Below, in pieces: positions 56,001 through 64,000 of a stretch of DNA of 64,000 bases. The stretch spans positions 85,379 to 149,378 of the forward strand of contig JBFJCP010000004.1 of assembly GCA_041615815.1 (NCBI GenBank). Direction: 5' to 3'. Positions within the stretch are counted from its first letter, which is position 1. Each line of letters begins with the position of its first letter. The position numbers and the translations under genes are program-made. Below the pieces are notes generated by a model, which did not search any database, was not told where the DNA came from, and worked only from the letters and a program-made list of their open reading frames with translations. The DNA is from Gemmatimonadales bacterium (GTDB taxonomy: Bacteria > Gemmatimonadota > Gemmatimonadetes > Gemmatimonadales > GWC2-71-9).

Positions 56001-56196
56001 TCCCATGCATGTTCGTTCGTGGGCCGAGCGGGGTGCACTGTATCAGGCGCTCGGGGATACAGACAGGGCCCTCGAGATGTACGAGCGTTTCATCGAGGCG
56101 TGGCAAGACGGAGGCACGATCGTGCAACCGCAGGTCCAGCGGGCTCGTGAGGCTCTCGCGGCGCTGCACGGCGAGACCCGCAGTCCACGTCGATGA
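53083..56196 (+). CDS. Hanks-type Ser/Thr protein kinase with TM helix and TolB-N-like/TPR sensor region
   Basis: RGGMS, VIK, HRDIKPEN, DFG, GTPGYMSPE, DVYALA; TM LVAAAMLLVIAAGFVLW; VFPFEN, T.SLEAY, TPR helices. Confidence 0.92.
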   Translation: MTTLDQRLQDAVGDVYRIERELARGGMSQLFLATEASLNRQVVIKLLPPEMASAVSAARFKQEMEVAAQLQHPHVLPVLSAGARHDLIYYVMPFVAGESLRTRLNQEGKLEVDRAVRILSEVADALAYAHEHGVVHRDIKPENILLQQDHAVLTDFGVARAVEQARGGERLTELGVAVGTPGYMSPEQAAGDRDVDSRADVYALAIVGYEMLTGAAPFTGPTAQAVLAAHLTQDAKPVHEVEPTTPSAVSAAIAKALAKDPAERFQSAAAFRDALRAATSVPATARRSSRLPLVAAAMLLVIAAGFVLWPRGYRIEGDPRQSIVVFPFENKTGAPENDYLEDASMNLLGLAVGHWEDMRVYDDERTGSLLRRRGILTPAEIDFDAARAMAREARVGTLVLGDIRREGSELAIEAKVHDVASGDRIATELVRATPDGDPRPLFDSLAARILRVSGAPAGERPDLLTQTTQSLEAYRQYLFGTAALQLLEIDSAKAHLRRAVALDSTFALAYIRLVDADGWAGVERASPAERRELIAKATAYSERLPPRYRQLLRFHAAYESGQLARARRIAEEMIAHDSSDVEAWYQYGEAHWHHGAGRFPHPDSLGNMGKALGAFEQTLRLDSGYVLAYLHLTDVLGSCANDNPWLCLLNGDSAVYGTTAELVERYGQERVDRLRAAARDRRLEAGYAWVGTAPSSERARNTLINMLLERELYAEAESQIAVLRANGQTAVADGWEARRAFEQAEYAEAGAVIERALSGGLGGFRQLANAGLIDVILRSLAGAARFETLQQVFDILEQLGPGDTINANNVVLSKRLFRQWFDAQAVILLSADSAIVAREARGWLDTLAAHYEPGTAAHEDRLAQSGSTVLIAYLVARDSSLLSQFLADIDTTGSRTWRPMLAHLAFARGDTTTARARITAHFERRDELELRNQPGSVRLVAWADLMARLGQPERATQALEIFETDEVGDNPWGPMHVRSWAERGALYQALGDTDRALEMYERFIEAWQDGGTIVQPQVQRAREALAALHGETRSPRR

Positions 56197-56231
56197 GCCC
56201 GGATTTCGAGACCTGACCGAACGGGGAATCC

Positions 56232-57071
56232 ATGCGGTGGAAGCGAAGTAGGCGAAGCACAAACATCGATGACCGCCGAGGCCGTCGGGTCCGGCGAAGT
56301 GTGGGGATCGGCGGAGGAGCAGGCCTCCTGCTGGTGCTCGCCATCGTGTTGTTGGGTGGCGATCCCTCGGCCTTCTTGAACGTGGCCGGTGGCGCACCGG
56401 CCACGGCGCCCACAGCGACGCCGGCCGGCAACGACGAAGCGAGGGATTTCGTCTCGGCCGTGCTGGGATCGACGGAGGATTCCTGGGCGGCCATCTTTGC
56501 GCACGCGGGAGCGCGCTATCAGCCGCCAACCCTCGTTCTGTATACCGACCAAGTCCAATCCGCCTGCGGGTACGGATCGGCGGCCTCGGGCCCCTTCTAC
56601 TGTCCTGCGGACTCCCAGGTCTATCTCGACCTCGGGTTCTTCCGGGATCTGGCGCGAATGGGAGGTGCCGGGGACTTCGCCGCCGCTTACGTCATCGGCC
56701 ACGAGGTCGCCCATCACGTTCAACATCTGATGGGAACGTCCGGTCAGATTCATCGGGCGCAACAGCGTTCGAGTCGCACGGAGGCCAATCACCTCTCGGT
56801 GTTGCTCGAGCTCCAAGCCGACTGCTACGCCGGAGTCTGGGCGCACCACGCCAACCAACGGCAGCAGATTCTCGAGCCGGGCGACGTGGAGGAGGGCCTC
56901 GCGGCGGCGGCGGCGATCGGCGACGATCGTCTACAGAAGATGTCGGGCCGCGGAGTGCATCCCGAATCGTTCACGCATGGAAGCTCGGAGCAGCGGGTAC
57001 GGTGGCTCCGCACCGGTCTCCAGACCGGGAGCGTGGATGACTGCGACACCTTCTCCCGCGGAACGCGGTAA
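56232..57071 (+). CDS. ypfJ: Neutral zinc metallopeptidase (YpfJ family)
   Basis: STNIDDRRG, SACG, GPFYCPAD, HEVAHHVQ, ELQADCYAG, IGDD, FTHGSS. Confidence 0.92.
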   Translation: MRWKRSRRSTNIDDRRGRRVRRSVGIGGGAGLLLVLAIVLLGGDPSAFLNVAGGAPATAPTATPAGNDEARDFVSAVLGSTEDSWAAIFAHAGARYQPPTLVLYTDQVQSACGYGSAASGPFYCPADSQVYLDLGFFRDLARMGGAGDFAAAYVIGHEVAHHVQHLMGTSGQIHRAQQRSSRTEANHLSVLLELQADCYAGVWAHHANQRQQILEPGDVEEGLAAAAAIGDDRLQKMSGRGVHPESFTHGSSEQRVRWLRTGLQTGSVDDCDTFSRGTR

Positions 57072-57086
57072 CGCCCGGGTCGGCGG

Positions 57087-57584
57087 ATGCATTTTCACAC
57101 GATTCACCAGTTCCTGGCGTATTACGAGCGCATCCGCGCCCGTACGCGGCGATTGATCGATTGCATTCCAGCCGATAGGATCGATTGGTCGTCCGCGCCG
57201 GACAAATGGACCTTTGCAGATCTGATCCGGCATCTCGCTGCCACCGAACGGTTCATGTTCGTCGAAAACGCCATGCGCCGGCCAAGCCGATACCCGGGGC
57301 ACGGGCCTGAGCTAGCCCGGACGCACGCCGCCGTCCTGCGATACTTGGACGATCGCCACGCCGAATCCGTGGAAATGCTCTCGACGCTCGGCGATGAGGA
57401 CCTGCAGCAACAATGCGAGACTCCTGGCGGTACGCTCATCACGGTCTGGAAATGGCTGCGGGCGATGGTGGAGCACGAAGTGCACCATCGGGGGCAGATT
57501 TATCTCCTGTTAGGAATGCTCGGAGTCGCCACACCACCGCTGTATGGATTGACCTCCGAAGAGGTCCGGGAGCGCAGCGAATGA
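57087..57584 (+). CDS. DinB family protein
   Basis: DLIRHLA and EHEVHHRGQ. Confidence 0.9.
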   Translation: MHFHTIHQFLAYYERIRARTRRLIDCIPADRIDWSSAPDKWTFADLIRHLAATERFMFVENAMRRPSRYPGHGPELARTHAAVLRYLDDRHAESVEMLSTLGDEDLQQQCETPGGTLITVWKWLRAMVEHEVHHRGQIYLLLGMLGVATPPLYGLTSEEVRERSE

Positions 57585-57685
57585 TCGGGCTGAGCGACGT
57601 TTCACACAGCCGGATCGGCCTCATTCGACTACATTAGAGGATCCGCTTCGCACTCCTCCTCTTGTTTCCCCCATGATCGGAGTCA

Positions 57686-58153
57686 TTGGTGACCATCGCA
57701 CAGCAGGGCCACACGGTTCAAGTCCACTACACCGGCCGATTGCAGGACGGCACCGTGTTCGACTCGTCCGTCGGCAGAGATCCCCTCGAGTTCACGATAG
57801 GAGAGGAACAGGTGATTTTGGGCGTCGAGACCGCGGTGGTCGGTCTCCGGGTGGGCGAGCGTAAAGAGATCTCCGTGGCTCCAGAGGACGCGTACGGCCC
57901 GTACCGGGATGAGCGGGTCGTCGTCGTGTCCCGTGAGCAACTCCCGGACGAGATCGAGCCTCGGCCCGGCATGATGCTGCAAGGGCGGCTTCCGGGAGGA
58001 TCCGTCGATTTCGTCGTGACGTCGGTCTCCGACGAGGATGTGACGCTCGACGCCAACCATCCTCTGGCGGGTAAACAGCTCGATTTCGAGCTGGAACTGG
58101 TAGCGATCGTGGCTGGCGAAAGCGGGCTTTCCTCCTTCTCCGGTGACCGTTAG
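57686..58153 (+). CDS. FKBP-type peptidyl-prolyl isomerase (SlyD-like, no His-rich tail)
   Basis: VHYTGRLQDGTVFDSS, PEDAYG, LDANHPLAGK.L.F. Confidence 0.93.
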   Translation: MVTIAQQGHTVQVHYTGRLQDGTVFDSSVGRDPLEFTIGEEQVILGVETAVVGLRVGERKEISVAPEDAYGPYRDERVVVVSREQLPDEIEPRPGMMLQGRLPGGSVDFVVTSVSDEDVTLDANHPLAGKQLDFELELVAIVAGESGLSSFSGDR

Positions 58154-58213
58154 CTTGGAGATTGTGGAGGAACAGGTGTCTCTGTCCGGCACGTAGCACG
58201 CACCAGCGACGGG

Positions 58214-58251
58214 AAGGGACCTGCGGGTCGCGCAGGTCCCTTGTGTATTTT
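58214..58251 (+). terminator. Hairpin after the PPIase gene (terminator and/or csp promoter element)
   Basis: AAGGGACCTGCG-ggtcg-CGCAGGTCCCTT followed by GTGTATTTT. Confidence 0.55.
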
Positions 58252-58259
58252 TCGGACCG

Positions 58260-58378
58260 GCTGGAACTTCGGGGCTCCAGCACCCCAACGCGGGGGGAGT
58301 GACCGCGGACACGATGACGGTTCCCGGCCGCTGGCAGACCGAGCAGCCCGGGCTTCATCGACGGCAAAGGAGTGAGCA
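58260..58378 (+). ncRNA. Candidate structured csp 5' leader (copy 2)
   Basis: Same blocks and stem order as 38290-38414. Confidence 0.55.
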
Positions 58379-58591
58379 GTGCGCACCACCGGTACGGTGA
58401 AGTGGTTCAACGACACGAAGGGCTTCGGGTTCATCAAGCGCGAGGACGGGGAACAGGATTGCTTCGTCCACCATTCCGCCATCTCGGGGTCGGGTTTCAA
58501 GACCCTGAAGGAGGGAGAGCGCGTGGAGTTCGACGTGGTGCAGGGGCAAAAAGGGCCTGCTGCACAAAACGTGACTCGCGTCGAGGTGTAA
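58379..58591 (+). CDS. cspA: Cold-shock protein (CspA family; symbol is family-level)
   Basis: [29 protein letters not shown]; AAGGAG SD, GTG start. Confidence 0.96.
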   Translation: MRTTGTVKWFNDTKGFGFIKREDGEQDCFVHHSAISGSGFKTLKEGERVEFDVVQGQKGPAAQNVTRVEV

Positions 58592-58608
58592 CTCCTTCAC
58601 CGTCAAGT

Positions 58609-58650
58609 GGGTTGGCGGGGCGCCCGTCGGGGTAGCCCCGCCGACTCTTC
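58609..58650 (+). terminator. Putative terminator hairpin
   Basis: GGGTTGGCGGGGC...GCCCCGCCGACTC followed by TTC. Confidence 0.55.
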
Positions 58651-58768
58651 GGCGCTCGCCACACCGCGCCCACCGCCACGCTCCCCGGCGTTAAACCTTT
58701 CCACGCTTTGCCGTATCCAATCGACCGATCGAACGCATCGTCGTGACATTCCGTCAGGGAGGCCTCCG

Positions 58769-61213
58769 GTGTCGCTGGTGATCACGAACTTGCGAGTGGC
58801 TCTGCGCAGTCTCGGCAAACGCCCGCTCTTTGCAGCGGTGGCACTCACGACGATCGCCGTGGGCATCGCCGCGAACACGGCCATCTTCGGCGTGGTGCAT
58901 GCGGTGCTGCTCGAGCCGCTCCCGTACGAGGATCCGGGCCGGTTAGCGACCCTCGACGTCAAGGCGCCGACGGGATTCTACATCTCGACGTCGATTCCCA
59001 ACTTCGAAGACTGGCGCGACCGGAATCGGGTGTTCGAAACGTTCGGCGCCTCGGCTGGCTGGGGGATGGTGATGACGGGGAGGGGGCCGGCCGAGGTGTT
59101 GAACCTTCGGGCGGTGCTGGGCGAGTTCTTCGAGACGCTCGGCGTGGCGCCGGCGCTGGGGCGCATCGTGCCGGCCGCGGAAACCGGGCCGGGTGCGCCG
59201 GCCGTGGTGGTGCTAGGACACGGCTTCTGGCAGCGGCAGTTCGGTGCCCAGGGCGACGCGCTGGGGCAAACACTCGTGCTCGATAATCAGCCATACCAAA
59301 TCGTGGGGGTGATGCCGCGGGGGTTCGGATATCCGTCCGCGGACGTGGAGGCGTATTTCCCCATGGGCTCCCTGGCGTCCGACCTGCCGTGGACCGATCG
59401 AGACAGCAGTTTCGGAACGCGCATCGTAGCGCGGCTTTCAGTTGGGACCACCCTCGAGCAGGCCGCGGCGGACATGCAACGGGTGGGCCGGGAGGTTCAG
59501 GAACTCGAGGGGAGAGCGGTTCCCCAGCCGGAAGTTCGCGCGCTGACCGATCTCCTCGTAGGCGACGTGCGTCTGCAGCTCTGGGTCGTGATGGGAGCCG
59601 TGGCGTTCGTGCTCCTCATCGTTTGCGCCAACGTCGCCAATCTGCTGCTTGCTCGTGGCGAAGATCGTCGCCGTGAGATGGCCGTGCGGACCGCGCTCGG
59701 CGCCCATCGGAAAGCAATCGTGAGCCAGCTCCTCGTGGAGAGCATGGCGATCGCTACCATAGGCGGTCTGTTGGGCGTGGTGCTCGCCGCTCCAGCGATG
59801 CGGCTCGTCATCCCATTCCTTCCAGGCGGCATCCCCGCGGCCTTGGTGGACCGGATCTCTCTGAGCGGCGGCGTGCTGCTGTTCGGCGTTGCCCTCTCAC
59901 TCGTAACCGGTCTGGTGTTTGGACTCCTGCCGGCATTTCGCATCTCTCAACTCAATCCCATTGGTGAGTTGCGGGCCGCTGGTCACGCGGACGAGCGCGT
60001 CCGTCACCGGATGCGGTCGGCATTGGTGGTGGCTGAGGTCGCCGTGGCACTCGTGCTGCTGATTGGGGCCGGACTCATGGTACAGAGCCTTGGTAGGCTC
60101 CGTGCCGTGGAAAAGGGATTCGATGCCGAGAATGTGCTGACCGCCCGAATCGGGCTTCCCGATGAACGGTATTCGGATCGCGACCGGTGGCTGCGGTTCT
60201 TCGAGCAGCTGCTTCCCCGTGCGGAAGCGCTGCCGGGTGTTCGCGCCGCGGCCGTGAGCCTGCTCCTTCCCCTCAGCGACCGCTCGTGGGAGATGCGGAT
60301 CGTTCCGGAGGGAGTGCCGGTTCAGCGAGAGACCGCTGAGTCGGTGCTGTTCGGTATCGTGTCGCCCAGGTACTTCGAGGCGCTCGGAGTGCCTATCCTT
60401 CAGGGCCGCTCGTTTGCTCCGTCCGATCGCGATGAGACGGAGCTGGTGGCGATCATCGACGAGACCATGGCCGAACGATTCTGGCCAGGTGAGAACCCCA
60501 TCGGGAAACGCGTCGCGTTCGAGCTCGAAGAAGGGAGTAGCTGGGACGATCCGGTTCCGGTCTACCGGACGGTCGTCGGCGTGGCGAAGAACGTCCGTCA
60601 TTATGCATTGGCCAGTCCGTCGCGCATACAGGTCTATATCCCCTACACACAGCCGCAGCGCTTTGCGGGTGTGGGTCTCAACGTGCTCCTCAAGACAACC
60701 GTCCCAGCCACGTCTTTGGTCGAGCCATTGCGGCAAGAGGTGGTGGCGCTCGATCCGGACGTACCCATCTACCGAGTGACCACGATGGGGCAGTACGTGG
60801 ACCGGGCGCTGTCAGGGAGCCGCTCCATGAGCGGCATCCTGGTGGTGTTCGGCATCGTGGCACTCTTGCTGGCGGCGGTCGGGATCTTCGGGGTGATGTC
60901 GTACTCCGTAGTTCAACGGACCCGGGAGATCGGTATCCGCATGGCCATGGGGGCACGTGGAGAGGATGTAGTGCGGTGGATAGCAGGGCAGGGTGCCATG
61001 CTGGGACTCATCGGGATCGCATTTGGACTCCTCGCGGCGCTCGCCCTGATGCGGGTGCTCGCCGGCTTGTTGTTCGAAGTGGGGACGATCGAGCCCCTGA
61101 CGTACGCGGGCGTGGCGCTCGTGCTTCTCGCCGTCGCGACGTTGGCCGCCTATCTGCCGGCACGACGCGCGACGCGAGTGGATCCGGTGACGGTGCTCAA
61201 ATCAGATGGCTAG
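58769..61213 (+). CDS. Duplicated ABC permease (ADOP/MacB-like, two PCD+FtsX units)
   Basis: GIAANTAIF, LLIVCANVANLLLAR, E.AVR.ALGA, LVVAEVA, R.REIGIRMAMGA, PARRATRVDP. Confidence 0.92.
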   Translation: MSLVITNLRVALRSLGKRPLFAAVALTTIAVGIAANTAIFGVVHAVLLEPLPYEDPGRLATLDVKAPTGFYISTSIPNFEDWRDRNRVFETFGASAGWGMVMTGRGPAEVLNLRAVLGEFFETLGVAPALGRIVPAAETGPGAPAVVVLGHGFWQRQFGAQGDALGQTLVLDNQPYQIVGVMPRGFGYPSADVEAYFPMGSLASDLPWTDRDSSFGTRIVARLSVGTTLEQAAADMQRVGREVQELEGRAVPQPEVRALTDLLVGDVRLQLWVVMGAVAFVLLIVCANVANLLLARGEDRRREMAVRTALGAHRKAIVSQLLVESMAIATIGGLLGVVLAAPAMRLVIPFLPGGIPAALVDRISLSGGVLLFGVALSLVTGLVFGLLPAFRISQLNPIGELRAAGHADERVRHRMRSALVVAEVAVALVLLIGAGLMVQSLGRLRAVEKGFDAENVLTARIGLPDERYSDRDRWLRFFEQLLPRAEALPGVRAAAVSLLLPLSDRSWEMRIVPEGVPVQRETAESVLFGIVSPRYFEALGVPILQGRSFAPSDRDETELVAIIDETMAERFWPGENPIGKRVAFELEEGSSWDDPVPVYRTVVGVAKNVRHYALASPSRIQVYIPYTQPQRFAGVGLNVLLKTTVPATSLVEPLRQEVVALDPDVPIYRVTTMGQYVDRALSGSRSMSGILVVFGIVALLLAAVGIFGVMSYSVVQRTREIGIRMAMGARGEDVVRWIAGQGAMLGLIGIAFGLLAALALMRVLAGLLFEVGTIEPLTYAGVALVLLAVATLAAYLPARRATRVDPVTVLKSDG

Positions 61214-61292
61214 CAGGGAGGACACAGGGCAGAACGGCGATGGCAGCGTGTAGCATACCGATCGATGAGCGAAAGGGTGGAGCGTAGGACCC

Positions 61293-61838
61293 TCAGCCTC
61301 GTTTCCGCGTCCATGCGTCTCGCCGAGCCTCCTGCCACTGTCCGTCCTGTTGGATGTAGGTGATGGTGAGCATGCGATTGGGAGCGAGCAGGACAGCCTC
61401 GTCGCGGATGAGGGAGCGCCCGCCCTGATTGGTATAGCCGGTGTAGGCCGTCACCACGGTACTGTCGTTGGTTCGATACACTCGACCCTTGTCGGCGCGT
61501 CGGCCCAGGATGTAGTAGGCGTGGAAGAACGTCGTCTGGGTCGCTACGTCCCACCCCTTGAAGCCCTCTGCCATCACACGCTCGCTACCGTCGGCCAGAA
61601 CCTGGCTGATGGTCATCTTGGCGACGGTCCGATATCGGTCGACCCACTCCAGGCGGTACCCGAAACGAAACCGGTCCCCGTTTGACCCTTCGAGTTTCTC
61701 GGTAACCCAAGAGCCCATGAACGGTTCGAGTGCGACGATTCCCAGTGAGTCACCGGGAGGGGGTGAGGGGGCCTGAGCGACTCCCACCACGGGCAGGCAC
61801 GCGCAGAGGCCGAACACGGCAACGCGGACGAAATGCAT
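61293..61838 (-). CDS. Secreted hypothetical beta-rich protein
   Basis: Signal peptide ending GVA-QA; L.PF.GSW and GWD motifs typical of lipocalin-like barrels. Confidence 0.65.
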   Translation of the reverse strand: MHFVRVAVFGLCACLPVVGVAQAPSPPPGDSLGIVALEPFMGSWVTEKLEGSNGDRFRFGYRLEWVDRYRTVAKMTISQVLADGSERVMAEGFKGWDVATQTTFFHAYYILGRRADKGRVYRTNDSTVVTAYTGYTNQGGRSLIRDEAVLLAPNRMLTITYIQQDGQWQEARRDAWTRKRG

Positions 61839-61916
61839 TGGCGTCACCTGAGAATATGGAGTTGACAATCGAGCTACGGAATCTCCTCTTGCGAGCTACG
61901 ACCAAAGCCCCGACCT

Positions 61917-61966
61917 CCCTAAACCCTAACCTCTATTTCCCTAACCACTAGCCCCTAACCCCTCGA
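61917..61966 (+). repeat. Degenerate heptamer tandem tract (CCCTAAC x about 7)
   Basis: CCCTAAA CCCTAAC CTCTATT t CCCTAAC CACTAGC CCCTAAC CCCTCGA. Confidence 0.7.
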
Positions 61967-61983
61967 CCGCTCACCTTTCGTCC

Positions 61984-63612
61984 ATGTCTCCCCTCCTTGC
62001 GGTGCTGATGCTCCAGATCGGCCAGGTGGATTCGGCGCTGGCCGTTGTGGACGACGTGATCCGGGGCCACGTGAACATCTTGCAGTACGACATCGCGGTC
62101 TCGATTCCCGATGTGGGTAAGGCGATCACCGCCACCACGACCATTCGGTACCTGCAAAGCGCGTCCGACGGTGTACTCAGGCTGGACTTCGATCCACGTC
62201 TCAGCGTGGATTCGGTTCGGATGGGTCGCATGCTTCGCGTGCGGCTCGCTCCCGGACGGGATTGGCAGCGCGGGCCGGATGGGGGAGTCACGATTCGTCG
62301 ATGGGGTCGCGAGGGCGAGACGGCAACGGTCGCGGTGTTCTATCACGGATCCCCAGCCGATGGGCTATTCATCCAGGACAACGTGCATGGAGCCCGCACC
62401 GCCTTCGCCGACAACTGGCCCAACCGGGCACGCCATTGGTTTCCTGCCATCGACCATCCGAGCGACAAAGCGAGCGTGGCGTTTCACGTGGAGGTGCCGG
62501 CGGGCTGGCGAGCGATCGCTAACGGCGTGCTCTCTGGGGTCGATACCTTGGCTAATGGCCGCACCACGTGGCACTGGAGCGAACGCCGCGCGATTCCGGT
62601 GTACACCATGGTGGTCGGCGCCGGGCGGATGGCGGTGACGGAACTAGGGTCGCCCGCGGGCGTGCCCCACACGCTGTGGACCTTTCCCGAGGACTCGGTG
62701 TTCGCCGCGGCACAGCCGTTTGCGCGCGCGAACCTGATATTGGAAACGCTGACCAAGGCGTTCGGCCCTTTCCCCTATCAAAAGCTGGCCCACGTGGAGT
62801 CTTCGACGCGGTTCGGAGGGATGGAGAACAGCTCGGCCATCTTTTACACGGAGCGTGGGTACGCCAGCCGCGAGATGGGCGAGGGCCTTGTGGTGCACGA
62901 GACGGCGCATCAGTGGTTTGGCGACGCCGTCACGGAGTACGATTGGCATCATCTGTGGTTGTCCGAGGGGTTTGCCACCTATCTCACTGCGTTCTTCTAC
63001 GAGCTCATCGGCGAGCACGACACGTTTCGCGAGCGCCTCCGGGACAACAGACAGCGGTACATGGAATCGGAGGTGGTGGACAAGCCCGTGATCGACACCA
63101 CCGAGCAGGATCTCTTCGGTTTACTGAATGCCAACAACTATCCCAAGGGCGGCTGGATCCTCCACATGTTACGCCGTGAGGTTGGCGACTCGACGTTCGT
63201 GCGAAGCTTGCGTGAGTTCTACGAGACGTATCGCGACTCGACGGCACTCACCAGCGACTTCGCCGCGATCGTGGAGCGCCAGGCGAACCGCGAGCTGGAT
63301 TGGTTCTTTCGGCAGTGGCTGCTCCAGCCGGGCTATCCCAAACTCGGCGTCGCATGGACGTTCGACGAGACTCAGCGGGTGCTGACCGTGAGTGTACGAC
63401 AGGTGCAGCCGCCGGAGTGGGGTCGGTATCGGATGGCGTTGCCCATCCGGCTTCGATTTGCGGACGGTGGTCAGATGGACGTCCCGGTGCCGCTCGAGGG
63501 TGCTGACGTCTCGGCGACGTATACCGGCGTGTCGGGGCGGCCGGTGGCTGTGGAGGTCGATCCGGAGGGGGATCTGCTCCTCGAGGTGGTGGTGAGCGAG
63601 GGTACGGATTAG
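61984..63612 (+). CDS. M1 family aminopeptidase
   Basis: GGMEN, HETAHQWFG, WLSEGFATY, YPKG, FF.QW. Confidence 0.93.
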   Translation: MSPLLAVLMLQIGQVDSALAVVDDVIRGHVNILQYDIAVSIPDVGKAITATTTIRYLQSASDGVLRLDFDPRLSVDSVRMGRMLRVRLAPGRDWQRGPDGGVTIRRWGREGETATVAVFYHGSPADGLFIQDNVHGARTAFADNWPNRARHWFPAIDHPSDKASVAFHVEVPAGWRAIANGVLSGVDTLANGRTTWHWSERRAIPVYTMVVGAGRMAVTELGSPAGVPHTLWTFPEDSVFAAAQPFARANLILETLTKAFGPFPYQKLAHVESSTRFGGMENSSAIFYTERGYASREMGEGLVVHETAHQWFGDAVTEYDWHHLWLSEGFATYLTAFFYELIGEHDTFRERLRDNRQRYMESEVVDKPVIDTTEQDLFGLLNANNYPKGGWILHMLRREVGDSTFVRSLREFYETYRDSTALTSDFAAIVERQANRELDWFFRQWLLQPGYPKLGVAWTFDETQRVLTVSVRQVQPPEWGRYRMALPIRLRFADGGQMDVPVPLEGADVSATYTGVSGRPVAVEVDPEGDLLLEVVVSEGTD

Positions 63613-64000
63613 GGAATCGCGGCGGGTTCGCTCGCTCGTCGTCCTCGATAAGTCGTTATGTTCAAATGAGATTCCGCTTTGCACGGGCAGCGGGGTCGTA
63701 CATGCGTGAGTCAGTGAGGGACTGTCGAACCGTACGGTCCCTTTTGCGTTGGTACGGGCCGGGAGAGCACAATCGCCCCTATGAGGAGTACGAAGCCCTT
63801 GGATGCAACCTCGGCGACGGCCCCTCCGCAGCTGGCTCACGAACATGTCCCCTCAGTTATGCTCTCCCCGGGCGAAGCCAAGCGCCTGAGGAGCCGGCAC
63901 GTTCCGTAACAATCCTCGGAACGATCCGTTACGTCACTCCTGCTTCAGCTGGCGGGCGGTGATCTTGTAAGTCCTTCCCGCCTTTGTCGATTCATCGAGA

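Noticed and set aside
58186-58201. sigma54-like GGCACG-N6-GC upstream of csp2
   Set aside because: Lacks the TT before GC and the T before GG; GG-N10-GC is frequent at this GC content
63613-64000. 98-aa ORF or RNA gene in the terminal region
   Set aside because: No tRNA cloverleaf or known motif; probably upstream region of a gene beyond the window
1-64000. Prophage, IS element, integron or recognisable defence system
   Set aside because: No integrase, transposase, phage structural, cas or restriction-modification genes and no obvious compositional island by eye

Overview
GC-rich bacterial chromosomal window, gene-dense, with no rRNA, tRNA, CRISPR array, integrase or transposase that I can recognise. 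Gene content (ADOP-type orphan permease, Ser/Thr kinase-TPR receptor, DxDPDGY repeat lipoprotein, DUF5916 and M28/M1 peptidases) suggests Gemmatimonadota or a similar lineage; this is inference. Main blocks: amrS-amrB (AmmeMemoRadiSam, no amrA); a coupled purine catabolic operon allB-alc-uraD-uraH-puuD plus an unknown lipoprotein; a MacAB-like ABC exporter; a 1438-aa surface protein with twelve 88-aa repeats and a metallophosphoesterase; aceK; a cluster of an atypical DAACS transporter, PLP enzyme, R2lox-like oxidase, ABM, DinB and split aconitase X; a MarR locus with two identical palindromic operators; a B12 radical SAM enzyme; two cold-shock genes; an autoregulated XRE-HTH plus uncharacterised protein pair; and a five-gene Lol-like envelope operon. 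The most notable non-coding signal is a conserved, covarying multi-stem leader shared by the two csp paralogues 20 kb apart. Start codons were refined by eye (SD motifs, overlaps, -10 boxes). Family calls are motif recognition, not database searches.
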